The position numbers and the translations under genes were made by a program. Shown here one piece after another: positions 38,560-53,700 of a stretch of DNA of 64,000 bases. The DNA comes from Eledone cirrhosa (Eukaryota): assembly GCA_964016885.1 (NCBI GenBank), contig OZ024744.1, forward strand, positions 7,998,001 through 8,062,000, given 5' to 3'. Each line of letters starts with the position of its first letter. Position 1 is the stretch's first letter. The notes below the pieces were generated by a model, which was not told the origin of the DNA, searched no databases, and was given only the letters and a program-made list of their open reading frames with translations.

Positions 38560-41500
38560 TAGGTAGAGGGTGTGACACCATACTAGGGTGGTTGAGTGAC
38601 AGTATACGTAGAGGGTGTGACCCCATGTTAGGGTGGTGGATTGGTAGTATAGGTAGAGGGTGTGACACCATACTAGGGTGGTGGAGTGGTAGTACTGGTA
38701 GAGGGTGTGACACCATACTAGGGTGGTGGATTAGTAGCATAGGTAGAGGGTGTGACACCATACTAGGGTGGTGTATTGGTAGTATAGCTAGAGGGTGTGA
38801 CAGCCTACTAGGGTGGTGGATTGACAGTATTGGTAGAGGGTGTAACACCATGCTAGGGTGGTAGATTGGTAGTATTGGTAGAGGGTGTGACACCATACTA
38901 GGGTGCAGGATTGGTAGTATTGGTAGAGGGTGTGACACCATACTAGGGTGGTGGATTGGTAGTATTGGTAGAGGGTGTGACACCATACTAGTGTGTTGAA
39001 TTGACAGTATAGGTAGAGGGTGTGACACCATACTAGGGTGATAGTGTGAAAGTATATGTAGAGGGTGTGACACTATACTAGGGTGGTGGATTGGTAGTAT
39101 AGGTAGAGGGTGTGACAGCATACTAGGGTGGTGGATTGGTAGTATAGGTAGAGGATGTGACACCATACTAGGGTGGTAGATTGGTAGTATTGGTAGAGGG
39201 TGTGACACCATACTAGGGTGGTGGAGTGGTAGTATAGGTAGAGGGTTTGACACCATATTAGGGTGGTGGATTGGTAGTATTGGTAGAGTGTGGGACACAA
39301 TACTAGGATGGTAGATTGGTAGTACTGGTAGAGGGTGTGACACCATATTAGGGTGGTGGATTGGTAGTATATGTAGAGGGTGTGACACCATACTAGTGTG
39401 GTGGATTGGTAGTATAGGTAGAGGGTGTGACAGCCTACTAGGGTGGTGGATTGACAGTATTGGTAGAGGGTGTAACACCATGCTAGGGTGGTAGATTGGT
39501 AGTATTGGTAAGGGTGTGACACCATACTAGGGTGCAGGATTGGTAGTATTGGTAGAGGGGGTGACACCATACTAGGGTGGTGGGTTGGTAGTATTGTTAG
39601 AGGGTGTGACACCATGTTAGGGTGGTTGAGTGACAGTATACGTAGAGGGTGTGATCCCATGTTAGGATGGTGGATTGGTAGTATAGGTAGAGGGTGTGAC
39701 ACCATACTAGGGTGGTGGAGTGGTAGTACTGGTAGAGGGTGTGACACCATACTAGGGTGGTGGATTGGTAGCATAGGTAGAGGGTGTGACACCATACTAG
39801 GCTGGTGGATTGGTAGTATAGGTAGAGGGTGTGACAGCCTACCAGGGTGGTGGATTGACAGTATTGGTAGAGGGTGTAACACCATGCTAGGGTGGTAGAT
39901 TGGTAGTATTGGTAGAGGGTGTGACACCATACTAGGGTGCAGGATTGGTAGTATTGGTAGAGGGTGTGACACCATACTAGGGTGGTGGATTGGTAGTATT
40001 GGTAGAGGGTGTGACACCATACTAGTGTGTTGAATTGACAGTATAGATAGAGGGTGTGACACCATACTAGAGTGGTGGAGTGGTAGTATAGGTAGAGGGT
40101 GTGACACCATACTAGGGTGGTAGATTGGTAGTATTGGTAGAGTGTGTGACACTATACTAGGGTGATAGAGTGAAAGTATATGTAGAGGGTGTGACACTAT
40201 ACTAGGGTGGTGGATTGGTAGTATAGGTAGAGGGTGTGACAGCATACTAGGGTGGTGGATTGGTAGTATAGGTAGAGGATGTGACACCATACTAGGGTGG
40301 TAGATTGGTAGTATTGGTAGAGGGTGTGACACCATACTAGGGTGGTGGATTGGTAGTATAGGTAGAGGGTTTGACACCATATTAGGGTGGTGGATTGGTA
40401 GTATTGGTAGAGGGTGTGACACAATACTAGGATGGTAGATTGGTAGTATTAGTAGAGGGTGTAAAACCATGCTAGGGTGGTAGATTGGTAGTATTGGTAG
40501 AGGGTGTGACACCATACTAGGGTGCAGGATTGGTAGTATTGGTAGAGGGGGTGACACCATACTAGGGTGGTGGGTTGGTAGTATTGTTAGAGGGTGTGAC
40601 ACCATGTTAGGGTGGTTGAGTGACAGTATACGTAGAGGGTGTGACCCCATGTTAGGGTGGTGGATTGGTAGTATAGGTAGAGGGTGTGACACCATACTAG
40701 GGTGGTGGAGTGGTCGTACTGGTAGAGGGTGTGACACCATACTAGGGTGTTGGATTGGTAGCATAGGTAGAGGGTGTGACACCATACTAGGGTGGTGGAT
40801 TGGTAGTATAGGTAGAGGGTGTGACAGCCTACTAGGGTGGTGGATTGACAGTATTGGTAGAGGGTGTAACACCATGCTAGGGTGGTAGATTGGTAGTATT
40901 GGTAGAGGGTGTGACACCATACTAGGGTGCAGGATTGGTAGTATTGGTAGAGGGTGTGACACCATACTAGTGTGTTGAATTGACAGTATAGGTAGAGGGC
41001 GTGACACCATACTAGGGTGGTGGAGTGGTAGTATAGGTAGAGGGTGTGACACCATACTAGGGTGGTAGATTGGTAGTATTGGTAGAGTGTGTGACACTAT
41101 ACTAGGGTGATAGAGTGAAAGTATATGTAGAGGGTGTGACACTATACTAGGGTGGTGGATTGGTAGTATAGGTAGAGGGTGTGACAGCATACTAGGGTGG
41201 TGGATTGGTAGTATAGGTAGAGGATGTGACACCATACTAGGGTGGTAGATTGGTAGTATTGGTAGAGGGTGTGACACCATACTAGGGTGGTGGATTGGTA
41301 GTATAGGTAGAGGGTTTGACACCATATTAGGGTGGTGGATTGGTAGTATTGGTAGAGGGTGTGACACAATACTAGGATGGTAGATTGGTAGTATTGGTAG
41401 AGGGTGTGACACCATATTAGGGTGGTGGATTGGTAGTATAGGTAGAGGGTGTGGCACCATACTAGTGTGGTGGATTGGTAGTATAGGTAGAGGGTGTGAC

Positions 41501-41690
41501 AGCCTACTAGGGTGGTGGATTGACAGTATTGGTAGAGGGTGTAACACCATGCTAGGGTGGTAGATTGGTAGTATTGGTAGAGGGTTTGACACCATACTAG
41601 GGTGCAGGATTGGTAGTATTGGTAGAGGGGGTGACACCATACTAGGGTGGTGGGTTGGTAGTATTGTTAGAGGGTGTGACACCATGTTAG
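38560..41690. repeat. Three tandem copies of a ~0.95-1.03 kb (21-23 monomer) higher-order repeat
   Basis: GGTGGTTGAGTGACAGTATACG at 38587, 39621, 40611 and GTGTGTTGAATTGAC at 38991, 40025, 40970. Confidence 0.85.
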
Positions 41691-44600
41691 GGTGGTGGAT
41701 TGCTAGTATAGGTAGAGGTTGTGACACCATACTAGGGTGGTGAATTGACAGTATTGGTAGAGGTTGTGACACCTTGTTAGCGTGGTGGATTGGTAGTATT
41801 GGTAGAGAGTGTGACACCATACTAGGGTGCAGGATTGGTAGTATTGGTAGAGGGTGTGACACCATACTAGGGTGGTGGAGTGACAGTATAGGTAGAGGGT
41901 GTGACACCATACTAGGGTGGTAGATTGGTAGTATATGTAAAGGGTGTGACACCATACTAGGGTGGTGGATTGGTAGTATAGGTAGAGGGTGTGACACCAT
42001 GGTAGGGTGGTGGATTGGTAGTATTGGTAGAGGGTGTGACACCATACTAGGATGGTAGATTGGTAGTATTGGTAGAGTGTGTGACACTATACTAGGGTGG
42101 TGGATTGGTAGTACTGGTAGAGGGTGTGACACCATATTAGGGTGGTGGATTGGTATTATTGGTAGAGGGTGTGACACCATACTAGGGTGGTAGATTGGTA
42201 ATAGTGTTAGAGGGTGTGACACCATACTTGGGTGGTGGATTGGTAGTATTGGTAGAGGGTGTGACACCATATTGGGTGGTGGATTGACAGTATAGGTAGA
42301 GGGTGTGACACCATACTAGGGTGGTTGAGTGACAGTATACGTAGAGGGTGTGACACCATGTTAGGTTGGTGGATTGGTAGTATAGGTAGAGGGTGTGACA
42401 CCATACTAGGGTGGTGGAGTGGTAGTACTGGTAGAGGGTGTGACACCATACTAGGGTGGTGGATTGGTAGCATAGGTAGTGGGTGTGACACCATACTAGG
42501 GTGGTGGATTGGTAGTATAGGTAGAGGGTGTGACAGCCTACTAGGGTGGTGGATTGACAGTATTGGTAGAGGGTGTAACACCATGCTAGGGTGGTAGATC
42601 GGTAGTATTGGTAGAGGGTGTGACACCATACTAGGGTGCAGGATTGGTAGTATTGGTAGAGGGTGTGACACCATACTAGGGTGGTAGATTGGTAGTATAT
42701 GTAAAGGGTGTGACACCATACTAGGGTGGTGGATTGGTAGTATAGGTAGAGGGTGTGACACCATACTAGGGTGGTAGATTGGTAGTATAGGTAGAGGGTG
42801 TGACACCATGGTAGGGTGGTGGATTGGTAGTATTGGTAGAGGGTGTGACACCATACCAGGGTGGTAGATTGGTAGTATTGGTAGAGGGTGTGAAACCATA
42901 CTAGTGTGGTGAATTGACAGTATAGGTAGAGGGTGTGACACCATACTAGGCTGGCGGATTGCTAGTATAGGTAGAGGTTGTGACACCAAACTAGGGTGGT
43001 GGATTGACAGTATTGGTAGAGGTTGTGACACCTTGTTAGGGTGGTGGATTCGTAGTATTGGTAGAGGGTCTGACACCATACTAGGGTGGTGGATTGGTAG
43101 TATTGGTAGATAGTGTGACACCATACTAGGGTGGTAGATTGGTAGTATTGGGAGAGGGTGTGACAGCATACTAGGGTGGTGGATTGACAGTATAGGTAGA
43201 GGGTGTGACACCATACTAGGGTGGTAGGTTGGTAGTATATGTAAAGGGTGTCACACCATACTAGGGTGGTGGATTGGTAGTATAGGTAGAGGGTCTGACA
43301 CCATACTAGGGTGTTAGATAGGTAGTATAGGTAGAGGGTGTGATACCATGGTAGGATGGTAGATTGGTAGTATTGGGAGAGGGTGTGACACCATACTAGG
43401 GTGGTAGATTGGTAGTATTGGTAGAGTGTGTGACACTATACTAGGGTGATAGAGTGACAGTATATGTAGAGGGTGTGACACCATACTAGGGTGGTGGATT
43501 GGTCGTATAGGTAGAGGGTGTGACACCATACTAGGGTGGTAGATTGGTAGTATTGGAAGAGGGTGTGACACCATATTGGGTAGTGGATTGACAGTATAGG
43601 TAGAGGGTGTGACACCATACTAGAGTGGTAGAGTGACAGTATAGGTAGAGGGTATGACACCATACTAGGGTGGAAGATTGGTATTATAGGTAGAGGTTGT
43701 GACACCATACTAGGGTGGTGGATTGGTAGTATAGGTAGAGGGTGTGACTCCATATTAGGGTGGTGGATTGGTATTATTTGTAGAGGGTGTGACACCATAC
43801 TAGTGTGGTAGATTGGTAATATTGTTAGTGGGTGTGACACCATACTTGGGTGGTGGATTGGTAGTACTGGTAGAGGGTGTGACACCATACTAGGGTGGTG
43901 TATTGGTAGTATAGGTAGAGCGTGTGACACCATACTAGGGTGGTGGATTGGTAGTATAGGTAGAGAGTGTGACAACATACCAGGGTAGTGGATTGGTAGT
44001 ATAGATTGTCGGTGTGACACCATACTAGTGTGGTGGATTGGTAGTATAGGTAGAGGGTGTGTCAGCCTACTAGGTTGGTGGATTGCAGAATTGGTAGAGG
44101 GAGTAACACCATGCTAGGGTGGTAGATTGGTAGTATTGGTAGAGGGTGGGACACCATACTAGGATGGTGGATTGGTAGTATTGGTAGAGGGTGTGACACC
44201 ATACTAGGGTGGTAGATTGGTAGTATTGGTAGAGGGTGTGACACCATACTAGGGTGGTGGAGTGATAGTATAGGTAGGGGGTGTGACACCATACTAGGGT
44301 GGTAGATTCGTAGTATATGTAAAGGGTGTGACACCATACTAGGGTGGTGGATTGTAAGTATAGGTAGAGGGTGTGACACCATACTAGGGTGGTAGATTGG
44401 TAGTATAGGTAGAGGGTGTGACACCGTGGTATGGTGGTGGATTGGTAGTATTGGTAGAGGGTGTGACACCATACTAGGGTGGTAGATTGGTAGTATTGGT
44501 AGAGTGTGTGACACTATACTAGGGTGATAGAGTGACAGTATATGTAGAGGGTGTGACACCATACTAGGGTGGTGGATTTGTAGTATAGGTAGAGGGTGTG

Positions 44601-47600
44601 ACACCATACTAGGGAGGTGGATTGGTAGTATTGGTAGAGGGTGTGACACCATACTAGGGTGGTGGATTGGTAGTACTGGTAGAGGGTGTGACACCATACT
44701 AGGGTGGTGTATTGGTAGTATAGGTAGAGCGTGTGACACCATACTAAGATGGTGGATTGGTAGTATTAGTAGAGGGTGTGACACCATACTAGGGTTGTGG
44801 ATTGGTAGTATTGGTAGAGGGTGTGACACCATATTGGGTGGTGGATTGACAGTATAGGTAGAGGGTGTGACACCATACTAGGCTGGTAGAGTGACAGTAT
44901 ACGTAGAGGGTGTGACGCCATGTTAGGGTGGTGGATTGATAGTATAGGTAGAGGGTGTGACACCATACTAGGGTGGTGGATTGGTAGTACTGGTAGAGGG
45001 TGTGACACCATACTAGGGTGGTGGATTGGTAGTATAGGTATAGGGTGTGACACCATACTAGGGTGGTGGATTGGTAGTATAGGTAGAGGGTGTGACAGCC
45101 TACTATAGTGGTGGATTGACAGTATTGGTAGAGGGTGTAACACCATGCTAGGGTGGTAGAATGGTAGTATTGGTAGAGGGTGTGACACCATACTAGGGTG
45201 CAGGATTGGTAGTATTGGTAGAGAGAGGGTGTGACACCATACTAGGGTGGTGGATTGGTAGTATTGGTAGAGGGTGTGACACCATGTTAGGGTGGTGGAT
45301 TGGTAGTATTGGTAGAGGGTGTGACACCATACTAGGATGGTGGATTGGTAGTATTGGTAGAGGGTGTGACACCATACTAGGGTGGTAGATTGGTAGTATA
45401 TGTAAAGGGTGTGACACCATACTAGGGTGGTGTATTGGTAGTATAGGTAGAGGGTGTGACACCATACTAGGGTGGTAGATTGGTAGTATAGGTAGAGGGT
45501 GTGACACCATGGTAGGGTGGTGGATTGGTAGTATTGGTAGACGGTGTGACACCATTCTAGGGTGGTAGATTGGTAGTATTGGTAGAGCGTGTGACACCAT
45601 ACTAGTGTGGTGAATTGACAGTATAGGTAGAGGGTGTGACACCATACTAGGGTGGTGGAGTGGTAGTATAGGTAGAGGGTGTCACACCATACTAGGGTGG
45701 TAGATTGGTAGTATTGGTAGAGTGTGTGACACTATACTAGGGTGATAGAGTGACAGTATATGTAGAGGGTGTGACACCATACTAGGGTGGTGGATAGGTA
45801 GTATAGGTAGAGGGTGTGACACCATACTAGGGTGGTGGATTGGTAGTATAGGTAGAGGGTTTGACACCATATTAGGGTGGTGCTTTGGTAGTATAGGTAG
45901 AGGGTATGACACCATACTAGGGTGGTGGATTGGTAGTATAAATAGAGGGTGTGACACCATACTAGTGTGGTGGATTGGTAGTATAGGTAGAGGGTGTAAC
46001 AGCCTACTAGGGTGGTGGATTGACTGTATTGGTAGAGGGTGTGACACCATACTAGGGTGCAGGATTGGTAGTATTGGTAGAGAGAGGGTGTGACACCATA
46101 CTAGGGTGGTGGATTGGTAGTATTGGTAGAGGGTGTGACACCATGTTAGGGTGGTGGATTGGTAGTATTGGTAGAGGGTGTGATCCATACTAGGATGGTG
46201 GATTGGTAGTATTGGTAGAGGGTGTGACACCATACTAGGGTGGTAGATTGGTAGTATATGTAAAGGGTGTGACACCATACTAGGGTGGTGTATTGGTAGT
46301 ATAGGTAGAGGGTGTGACAGCCTACTAGGATGGTGGATTGACAGTATTGGTAGAGGGTGTAACACCATGCTAGGGTGGTAGATTGGTAGTATTGGTAGAG
46401 GTTGTGACACCATACTAGGGTGCAGGATTGGTAGTATTGGTAGAGGGTGTGACACCATACTAGGGTGGTGGATTGCTAGTATAGGTAGAGGTTGTGACAC
46501 CATACTAGGGTGGTGGATTGACAGTATTGGTAGAGGTTGTGACACCTTGTTAGGGTGGTGGATTGGTAGTATTTGTAGAGGGTGTGACACCATACTAGGG
46601 TGGTGGATTGGTAGTATTGGTAGAGGGTGTGACACCATACTAGGGTGGTAGATTGGTAGTATTGGTAGAGGGTGTGACACCATACTAGGGTGGTGGAGTG
46701 ATAGTATAGGTAGAGGGTGTGACACCATACTAGGGTTGTAGATTCGTAGTATATGTAAAGGGTGTGACACCATACTAGGGTGATAGAGTGACAGTATATG
46801 TATAGGGTCTGACACCATACTAGGGTGGTGGATTTGTAGTATAGGTAGAGGGTGTGACACCATACTAGGGAGGTGGATTGGTAGTATTGGTAGAGGGTGT
46901 GACACCATACTAAGGTGGTGGATTTGCAGTATAGGTAGAGGGTGTGACACCATACTAGGGTGGTAGATTTTTAGTATAGGTAGAGGGTGTGACACCATAC
47001 TAGGGTGGTGGATTGGTAGTATAGGTAGAGTGTGTGACACCATACTAGGGTGGTGGATTGGTATTATTGGTAGAGGGTGAGACACCATACTAGGGTGGTG
47101 GATTGGTAGTACTGGTAGAGGGTGTGACGCCATACTAGGGTGGTGTATTGGTAGTATAGGTAGAGCGTGTGACACCTTACTAGGATGGTGGTTTGGTAGT
47201 ATTAGTAGAGGGTGTGACACCATACTAGGGTTGTGGATTGGTATATTGGTAGAGGGTGTGACACCATATTGGGTGGTGGATTGACAGTATAGGTAGAGGA
47301 TGTGACACCATACTAGGGTGGTAGAGTGACAGTATACGTAGAGGGTGTGACACCATGTTAGGGTGGTGGATTGGTAGTATAGGTAGAGGGTGTGACACCA
47401 TACTAGGGTGGTGGATTGGTAGTACTGGTAGAGGGTGTGACACCATACTAGGGTGGTGGATTGGTAGTATAGGTAGAGGGTGTGACAGCCTACTAGGGTG
47501 GTGGATTGACAGTATTGGTAGAGTGTGTAACACCATGCTAGGTTGGTAGATTGGTAGTATTGGTAGAGGGTGTGACACCATACTAGGGTGCAGGATTGGT

Positions 47601-50600
47601 AGTATTGGTAGAGGGTGTGACACCATACTAGGGTGGTAGATTGGTAGTATTTGTAAAGGGTGTGACACCATACTAGGGTGGTGGATTGGTAGTATAGGTA
47701 GAGGGTGTGACACCATACTAGGGTGGTAGATTGGTAGTATAGGTAGAGGGTGTGACACCATGGTAGGGTGGTGGATTGGTAGTATTGGTAGAGGGTGTGA
47801 CAGCCTACTAGGGTGGTGGATTGACAGCATTGGTAGAGGGTGTAACACCATGCTAGGGTGGTAGATTGGTAGTATTGGTAGAGGGTGTGACACCATACTA
47901 GGGTGCAGGATTGGTAGTATTGGTAGAACGTGTGACACCATACTAGGGTGGTAGATTGGTAGTATATGTAAAGGGTGTGACACCATACTAGGGTGGTGGA
48001 TTGGTAGTATAGGTAGAGGGTGTGACACCATACTAGGGTGGTAGATTGGTAGTATAGGTAGAGGGTGTGACACCATGGCAGGGTGGTGGATTGGTAGTAT
48101 TGGTAGAGGGTGTGACACCATACTAGGGTGGTAGATTGGTAGTATTGGTAGAGGGTGTGACACCATACTAGTGTGGTGAATTGACAGTATAGGTAGAGGG
48201 TGTGACACCATACTAGGGTGGTGGAGTGGTAGTATAGATAGAGGGTGTGACACCATACTAGGGTGGTAGATTGGTAGTATTGGTAGAGTGTGTGACACTA
48301 TACTAGGGTGGTAGAGTGACAGTATATGTAGAGGGTATGACACTATACTAGGGTGGTGGATTGGTAGTATAGGTAGAGGGTGTGACAGCATACTAGGGTG
48401 GTGGATTGGTAGTATAGCTAGAGGATGTGACACCATACTAGGGTGGTAGATTGGTAGTATTGGTAGAGGGTGTGACACCATACTAGGGTGGTGGATTGGT
48501 AGTATAGGTAGAGGGTTTGACACCATATTAGGGTGGTGGATTGGTAGTATTGGTAGAGGGTGTGACACAATACTAGGATGGTAGATTGGTATTATTGGTA
48601 GAGGGTGTGACACCATATTAGGGTGGTGGATTGGTAGTATATGTAGAGGGTGTGACACCATACTAGGGTGCAGGATTGGTAGTATTGGTAGAGGGGGTGA
48701 CACCATACTAGGGTGGTGGATTGGTAGTATTGTTAGAGGGTGTGACACCATGTTAGGGTGGTGGATTGCTAGTATAGGTAGAGGTTGTGACACCATACTA
48801 GGGTGGTGGATTGACAGTATTGGTAGAGGTTGTGACACCTTGTTAGCGTGGTGGATTTTTAGTATTGGTAGAGGGTGTGACACCATACTAGGTTGCAGGA
48901 TTGGTAGTATTGGTAGAGGGTGTGACACCATATTAGGGTGGTAGATTGGTAATATTGTTAGAGGGTGTGACACCATAATTGGGTGGTGGATTGGTAGTAT
49001 TGGTAGAGGGTGTGACACCATATTGGGTGGTGGATTGACAGTATAGGTAGAGGGTGTGACACCATACTAGGGTGGTAGAGTGACAGTATACGTAGAGGGT
49101 GTGACACCATGTTAGGGTGGTGGATTGGTAGTATAGGTAGAGGGTGTGACACCATACTAGGGTGGTGGATTGGTAGTACTGGTAGAGGGTGTGACACCAT
49201 ACTAGGGTGGTGGATTGGTAGCATAGGTAGAGGGGGTGACACCATACTAGGGTGGTGGATTGGTAGTATAGGTAGAGGGTGTGACAGCCTACTAGGGTGG
49301 TGGATTGACAGTATTGGTAGAGGGTGTAACACCATGCTAGGGTGGTAGATTGGTAGTATTGGTAGAGAGTGTGACACCATACTAGGGTGTAGGATTGGTA
49401 GTATTGGTAGAGGGTGTGACACCATACTAGGGTGGTAGATTGGTAGTATATGTAAAGGGTGTGACACCATACTAGGGTGGTGGATTGGTAGTATAGGTAG
49501 AGGGTGTGACACCATACTAGGGTGGTAGATTGGTAGTATAGGTAGAGGTTGTGACACCATGGTAGGGTGGTGGATTGGTAGTATTGGTAGAGGGTGTGAC
49601 ACCATACTAGGGTGGTAGATTGGTAGTATTGGTAGAGGGTGTGACACCATACTAGGGTGGTGGATGGGTAGTATTGGTAGAGGGTGTGACACCATATTAG
49701 GGTGGTGGATTGGTAGTATAGGTAGAGGGTGTGACACCATACTAGGGTGGTGGATTGCTAGTATAGGTAGAGGGTGTGACACCATACTAGGGTGGTGGAT
49801 GGGTGGTATTGGTAGAGGGTGTGACACCATACTAGGGTGGTGGATCGGTAGTATAGGTAGAGAGTGTGACATGATACTAGGGTAGTGGATTGGTAGCATA
49901 GGTAGAGGGTGTGACACCATACTTGTGTGGTGGATTGGTAGTATAGGTAGAGGCTGTGACAGCCTACTAGGGTGGTGGATTGACAGTATTGGTAGAGGGT
50001 GTAACACCATGCTAGGGTGGTAGATTGGTAGTATTGGTAGAGGGTGTGACACCATACTAGGGTGCAGGATTGGTAGTATTGGTAGAGGGGGTGACACCAT
50101 ACTAGGGTGGTGGATTGGTAGTATTGTTAGAGGGTGTGACACCATGTTAGGGTGGTGGATTGCTAGTATAGGTAGAGGTTGTGACACCATACTAGGGTGG
50201 TGAACTGACAGTATTGGTAGAGGTTGTGACACCTTGTTAGCGTGGTGGATTGGTAGTATTGGTAGAGGGTGTGACACCATACTAGGGTGGTGGAGTGACA
50301 GTATAGGTAGAGGGTGTGACACCATACTAGGGTGGTAGATTGGTAGTATATGTAAAGGGTGTGACACCATACTAGGGTGGTGGATTGGTAGTATATGTAG
50401 AGGGTGTGACACCATGGTAGGGTGGTGGATTGGTAGTATTGGTAGAGGGTGTGACACCATACTAGGATGGTAGATTGGTAGTACTGGTAGAGGGTCTGAC
50501 ACCATATTAGCGTGGTGGATTGGAATTATTGGTAGAGGGTGTGACACAATACTAGGGTGCTAGATTGGTAGTATTGTTCGAGGGTGTGACACCATACTAG

Positions 50601-50799
50601 GGTGGTGGATTGGTAGTACTGGTAGAGGGTGTGACACCATACTAGGGTGGTGTATTGGTAGTATAGGTAGAGCGTGTGACACCATACTAGGGTGGTGGAT
50701 TGGTAGTATAGGTAGAGGGTGTGACACCATATTAGTGTGGTGGATTGGTAGTATAGGTAGAGGGTGTGACACCATACTAGTGTGGTGGATTGGTAGTAT

Positions 50800-53700
50800 A
50801 GGTAGAGGGTGTGACAGCCTACTAGGGTGGTAGATTGGTAGTATTGGTAGAGGGTGTGACACCATACGAGGGTGGTGGATTGGTAGTATAGATAGAGGTT
50901 GTGATACCATACTAGGGTGGTGGATTGGTAGTATAGGTAGAGGGTGTGACACCATACTAGGGTGGTGGATTGGTAGTATTGGTAGAGGGTGTGACACCAT
51001 GCTAGGGTGGTAGATAGGTAGTATTGGTAGAGGGTATGACAACATACTAGGGTGGTGGATTGGCAGTATAGGTAGAGGGTGTGAAACCATATTAGGCTGG
51101 CGGATTGCTAGTATAGGTAGAGGTTGTGACACCAAACTAGGGTGGTGGATTGACAGTATTGGTAGAGGTTGTGACACCTTGTTAGGGTGGTGGATTCGTA
51201 GTATTGGTAGAGGGTCTGACACCATACTAGGGTGGTGGATTGGTAGTATTGGTAGATAGTGTGACACCATACTAGGGTGGTAGATTGGTAGTATTGGTAG
51301 AGGGTGTGACAGCATACTAGGGTGGTGGAGTGACAGTATAGGTAGAGGGTGTGACACCATACTAGGGTGGTAGGTTGGTAGTATATGTAAAGGGTGTGAC
51401 ACGATACTAGGGTGGTGGATTGGTAGTATAGGTAGAGGGTCTGACACCATACTAGGGTGTTAGATTGGTAGTATAGGTAGAGGGTGTGACACCATGGTAG
51501 GATGGTGGATTGGTAGTATTGGGAGAGGGTGTGACACCATACTAGGGTGGTAGATTGGTAGTATTGGTAGAGTGTGTGACACTATACTAGGGTGATAGAG
51601 TGACAGTATATGTAGAGGGTGTGACACCATACTAGGGTGGTGGATTGGTAGTATAGGTAGAGGGTGTGACACCATACTAGGGTGGTAGATTCGTAGTATA
51701 TGTAAAGGGTGTGACACCATACTAGGGTGGTGGATTGGTAGTATTGGAAGAGGGTGTGACACCATGGTAGGGTTGTAGATTGGTAGTATTATTAGAGGGT
51801 GTGACACCATACTAGGGTTGTGGATTGGTAGTATTGGTAGAGGGTGTGACACCATATTGGGTAGTGGATTGACAGTATAGGTAGAGGGTGTGACACCATA
51901 CTAGAGTGGTAGAGTGACAGTATAGGTAGAGGGTATGACACCATACTAGGGTGGAAGATTGTTATTATAGGTAGAGGGTGTGACACCATACTAGGGTGGT
52001 GAATTGGTAGTATAGATAGAGGGTGTGACACCATACTAGCGTGGTGGATTGGAAGTATAGGTAGAGGGTGTGACTCCATATTAGGGTGGTGGATTGGTAT
52101 TATTTGTAGAGGGTGTGACACCATACTAGCGTGGTAGATTGGTAATATTGTTAGAGGGTGTGACACCATACTTGGGTGGTGGATTGGTAGTACTGGTAGA
52201 GGATGTGACACCATACTAGGGTGGTGTATTGGTAGTATAGGTAGAGCGTGTGACACCATACTAGGGTAGTGGATTGGTAGTATAGATAGAGGGTGTGACA
52301 CCATACTAGTGTGGTGGATTGGTAGTATTGGTACAGGGTGTGACACCATACTAGGGTGGTAGATTGGTAGAATTGGTAGAGGGTGTGACACCATACGAGG
52401 GTGGTGGATTGGTAGTATTGGCAGAGGGTGTGACACTATACTAGGGTGATGGAGTGACAGAATATGTAGAGGGTGTGACACCATACTAGGGTGGTGGATA
52501 GGTAGTATAGGTAGAGAGTTTGACACCATACTAGGGTGGTGCATTGGTAGTATAGGTAGAGGGTATGAAACCATAGTAGGGTGGTGGATTGGTAGTATTG
52601 GTAGAGGGTGGGACACCATACTAGGATGGTGGATTGGTAGTATTGGTAGAGGGTGTGACACCATACTAGGGTGGTAGATTGGTAGTATTGGTAGAGGGTG
52701 TGACACCATACTAGGGTGGTGGAGTGATAGTATAGGTAGAGGGTGTGACAACATACTAGGGTGGTAGATTCGTAGTATATGTAAAGGGTGTGACACCATA
52801 CTAGGATGGTGGATTGTAAGTATAGGTAGAGGGTGTGACACCATACTAGGGTGGTAGATTGGTAGTATAGGTAGAGGGTGTGACACCGTGGTAGGGTGGT
52901 GGGTTGGTAGTATTGGTAGAGGGTGTGACACCATACTAGGGTGGTAGATTGGTAGTATTGGTAGAGTGTGTGACACTATACTAGGGTGATAGAGTGACAG
53001 TATATGTAGAGGGTGTGACACCATACTAGGGTGGTGGATTTGTAGTATAGGTAGAGGGTGTGACACCATACTAGGGAGGTGGATTGGTAGTATTGGTAGA
53101 GGGTGTGACACCATACTAGGGTGGTAGATTGGTAGTATTGGTAGAGTGTGTGACACTATACTAGGGTGATAGAGTGACAGTATATGTAGAGGGTGTGACA
53201 CCATACTAGGGTGGTAGATTTTTAGTATAGGTAGAGGGTGTGAGACCATACTAGGGTGGTGGATTGGTAGTATAGGTAGAGGGTGTGACACCATACTAGG
53301 GTGGTAGATTGGTAGTATAAGTAGAGGGTGTGACACCATATTAGGGTGGTGGATTGGTATTATTGGTAGAGGGTGTGACACCATACTAGGGTGGTGGATT
53401 GGTAGTACTGGTAGAGGGTGTGACACCATACTAGGGTGGTGGATTGGTAGTATAGGTAGAGGGTGTGACAGCCTACTAGGGTGGTAGATTGGTAGTATTG
53501 GTAGAGGGTGTGACACCATACGAGGGTGGTGGATTGGTAGTATAGATAGAGGTTGTGATACCATACTAGGGTGGTGGATTGGTAGTATAGGTAGAGGGTG
53601 TGACACCATACTAGGGTGGTGGATTGGTAGTATTGGTAGAGGGTGTGACACCATGCTAGGGTGGTAGATAGGTAGTATTGGTAGAGGGTATGACAACATA

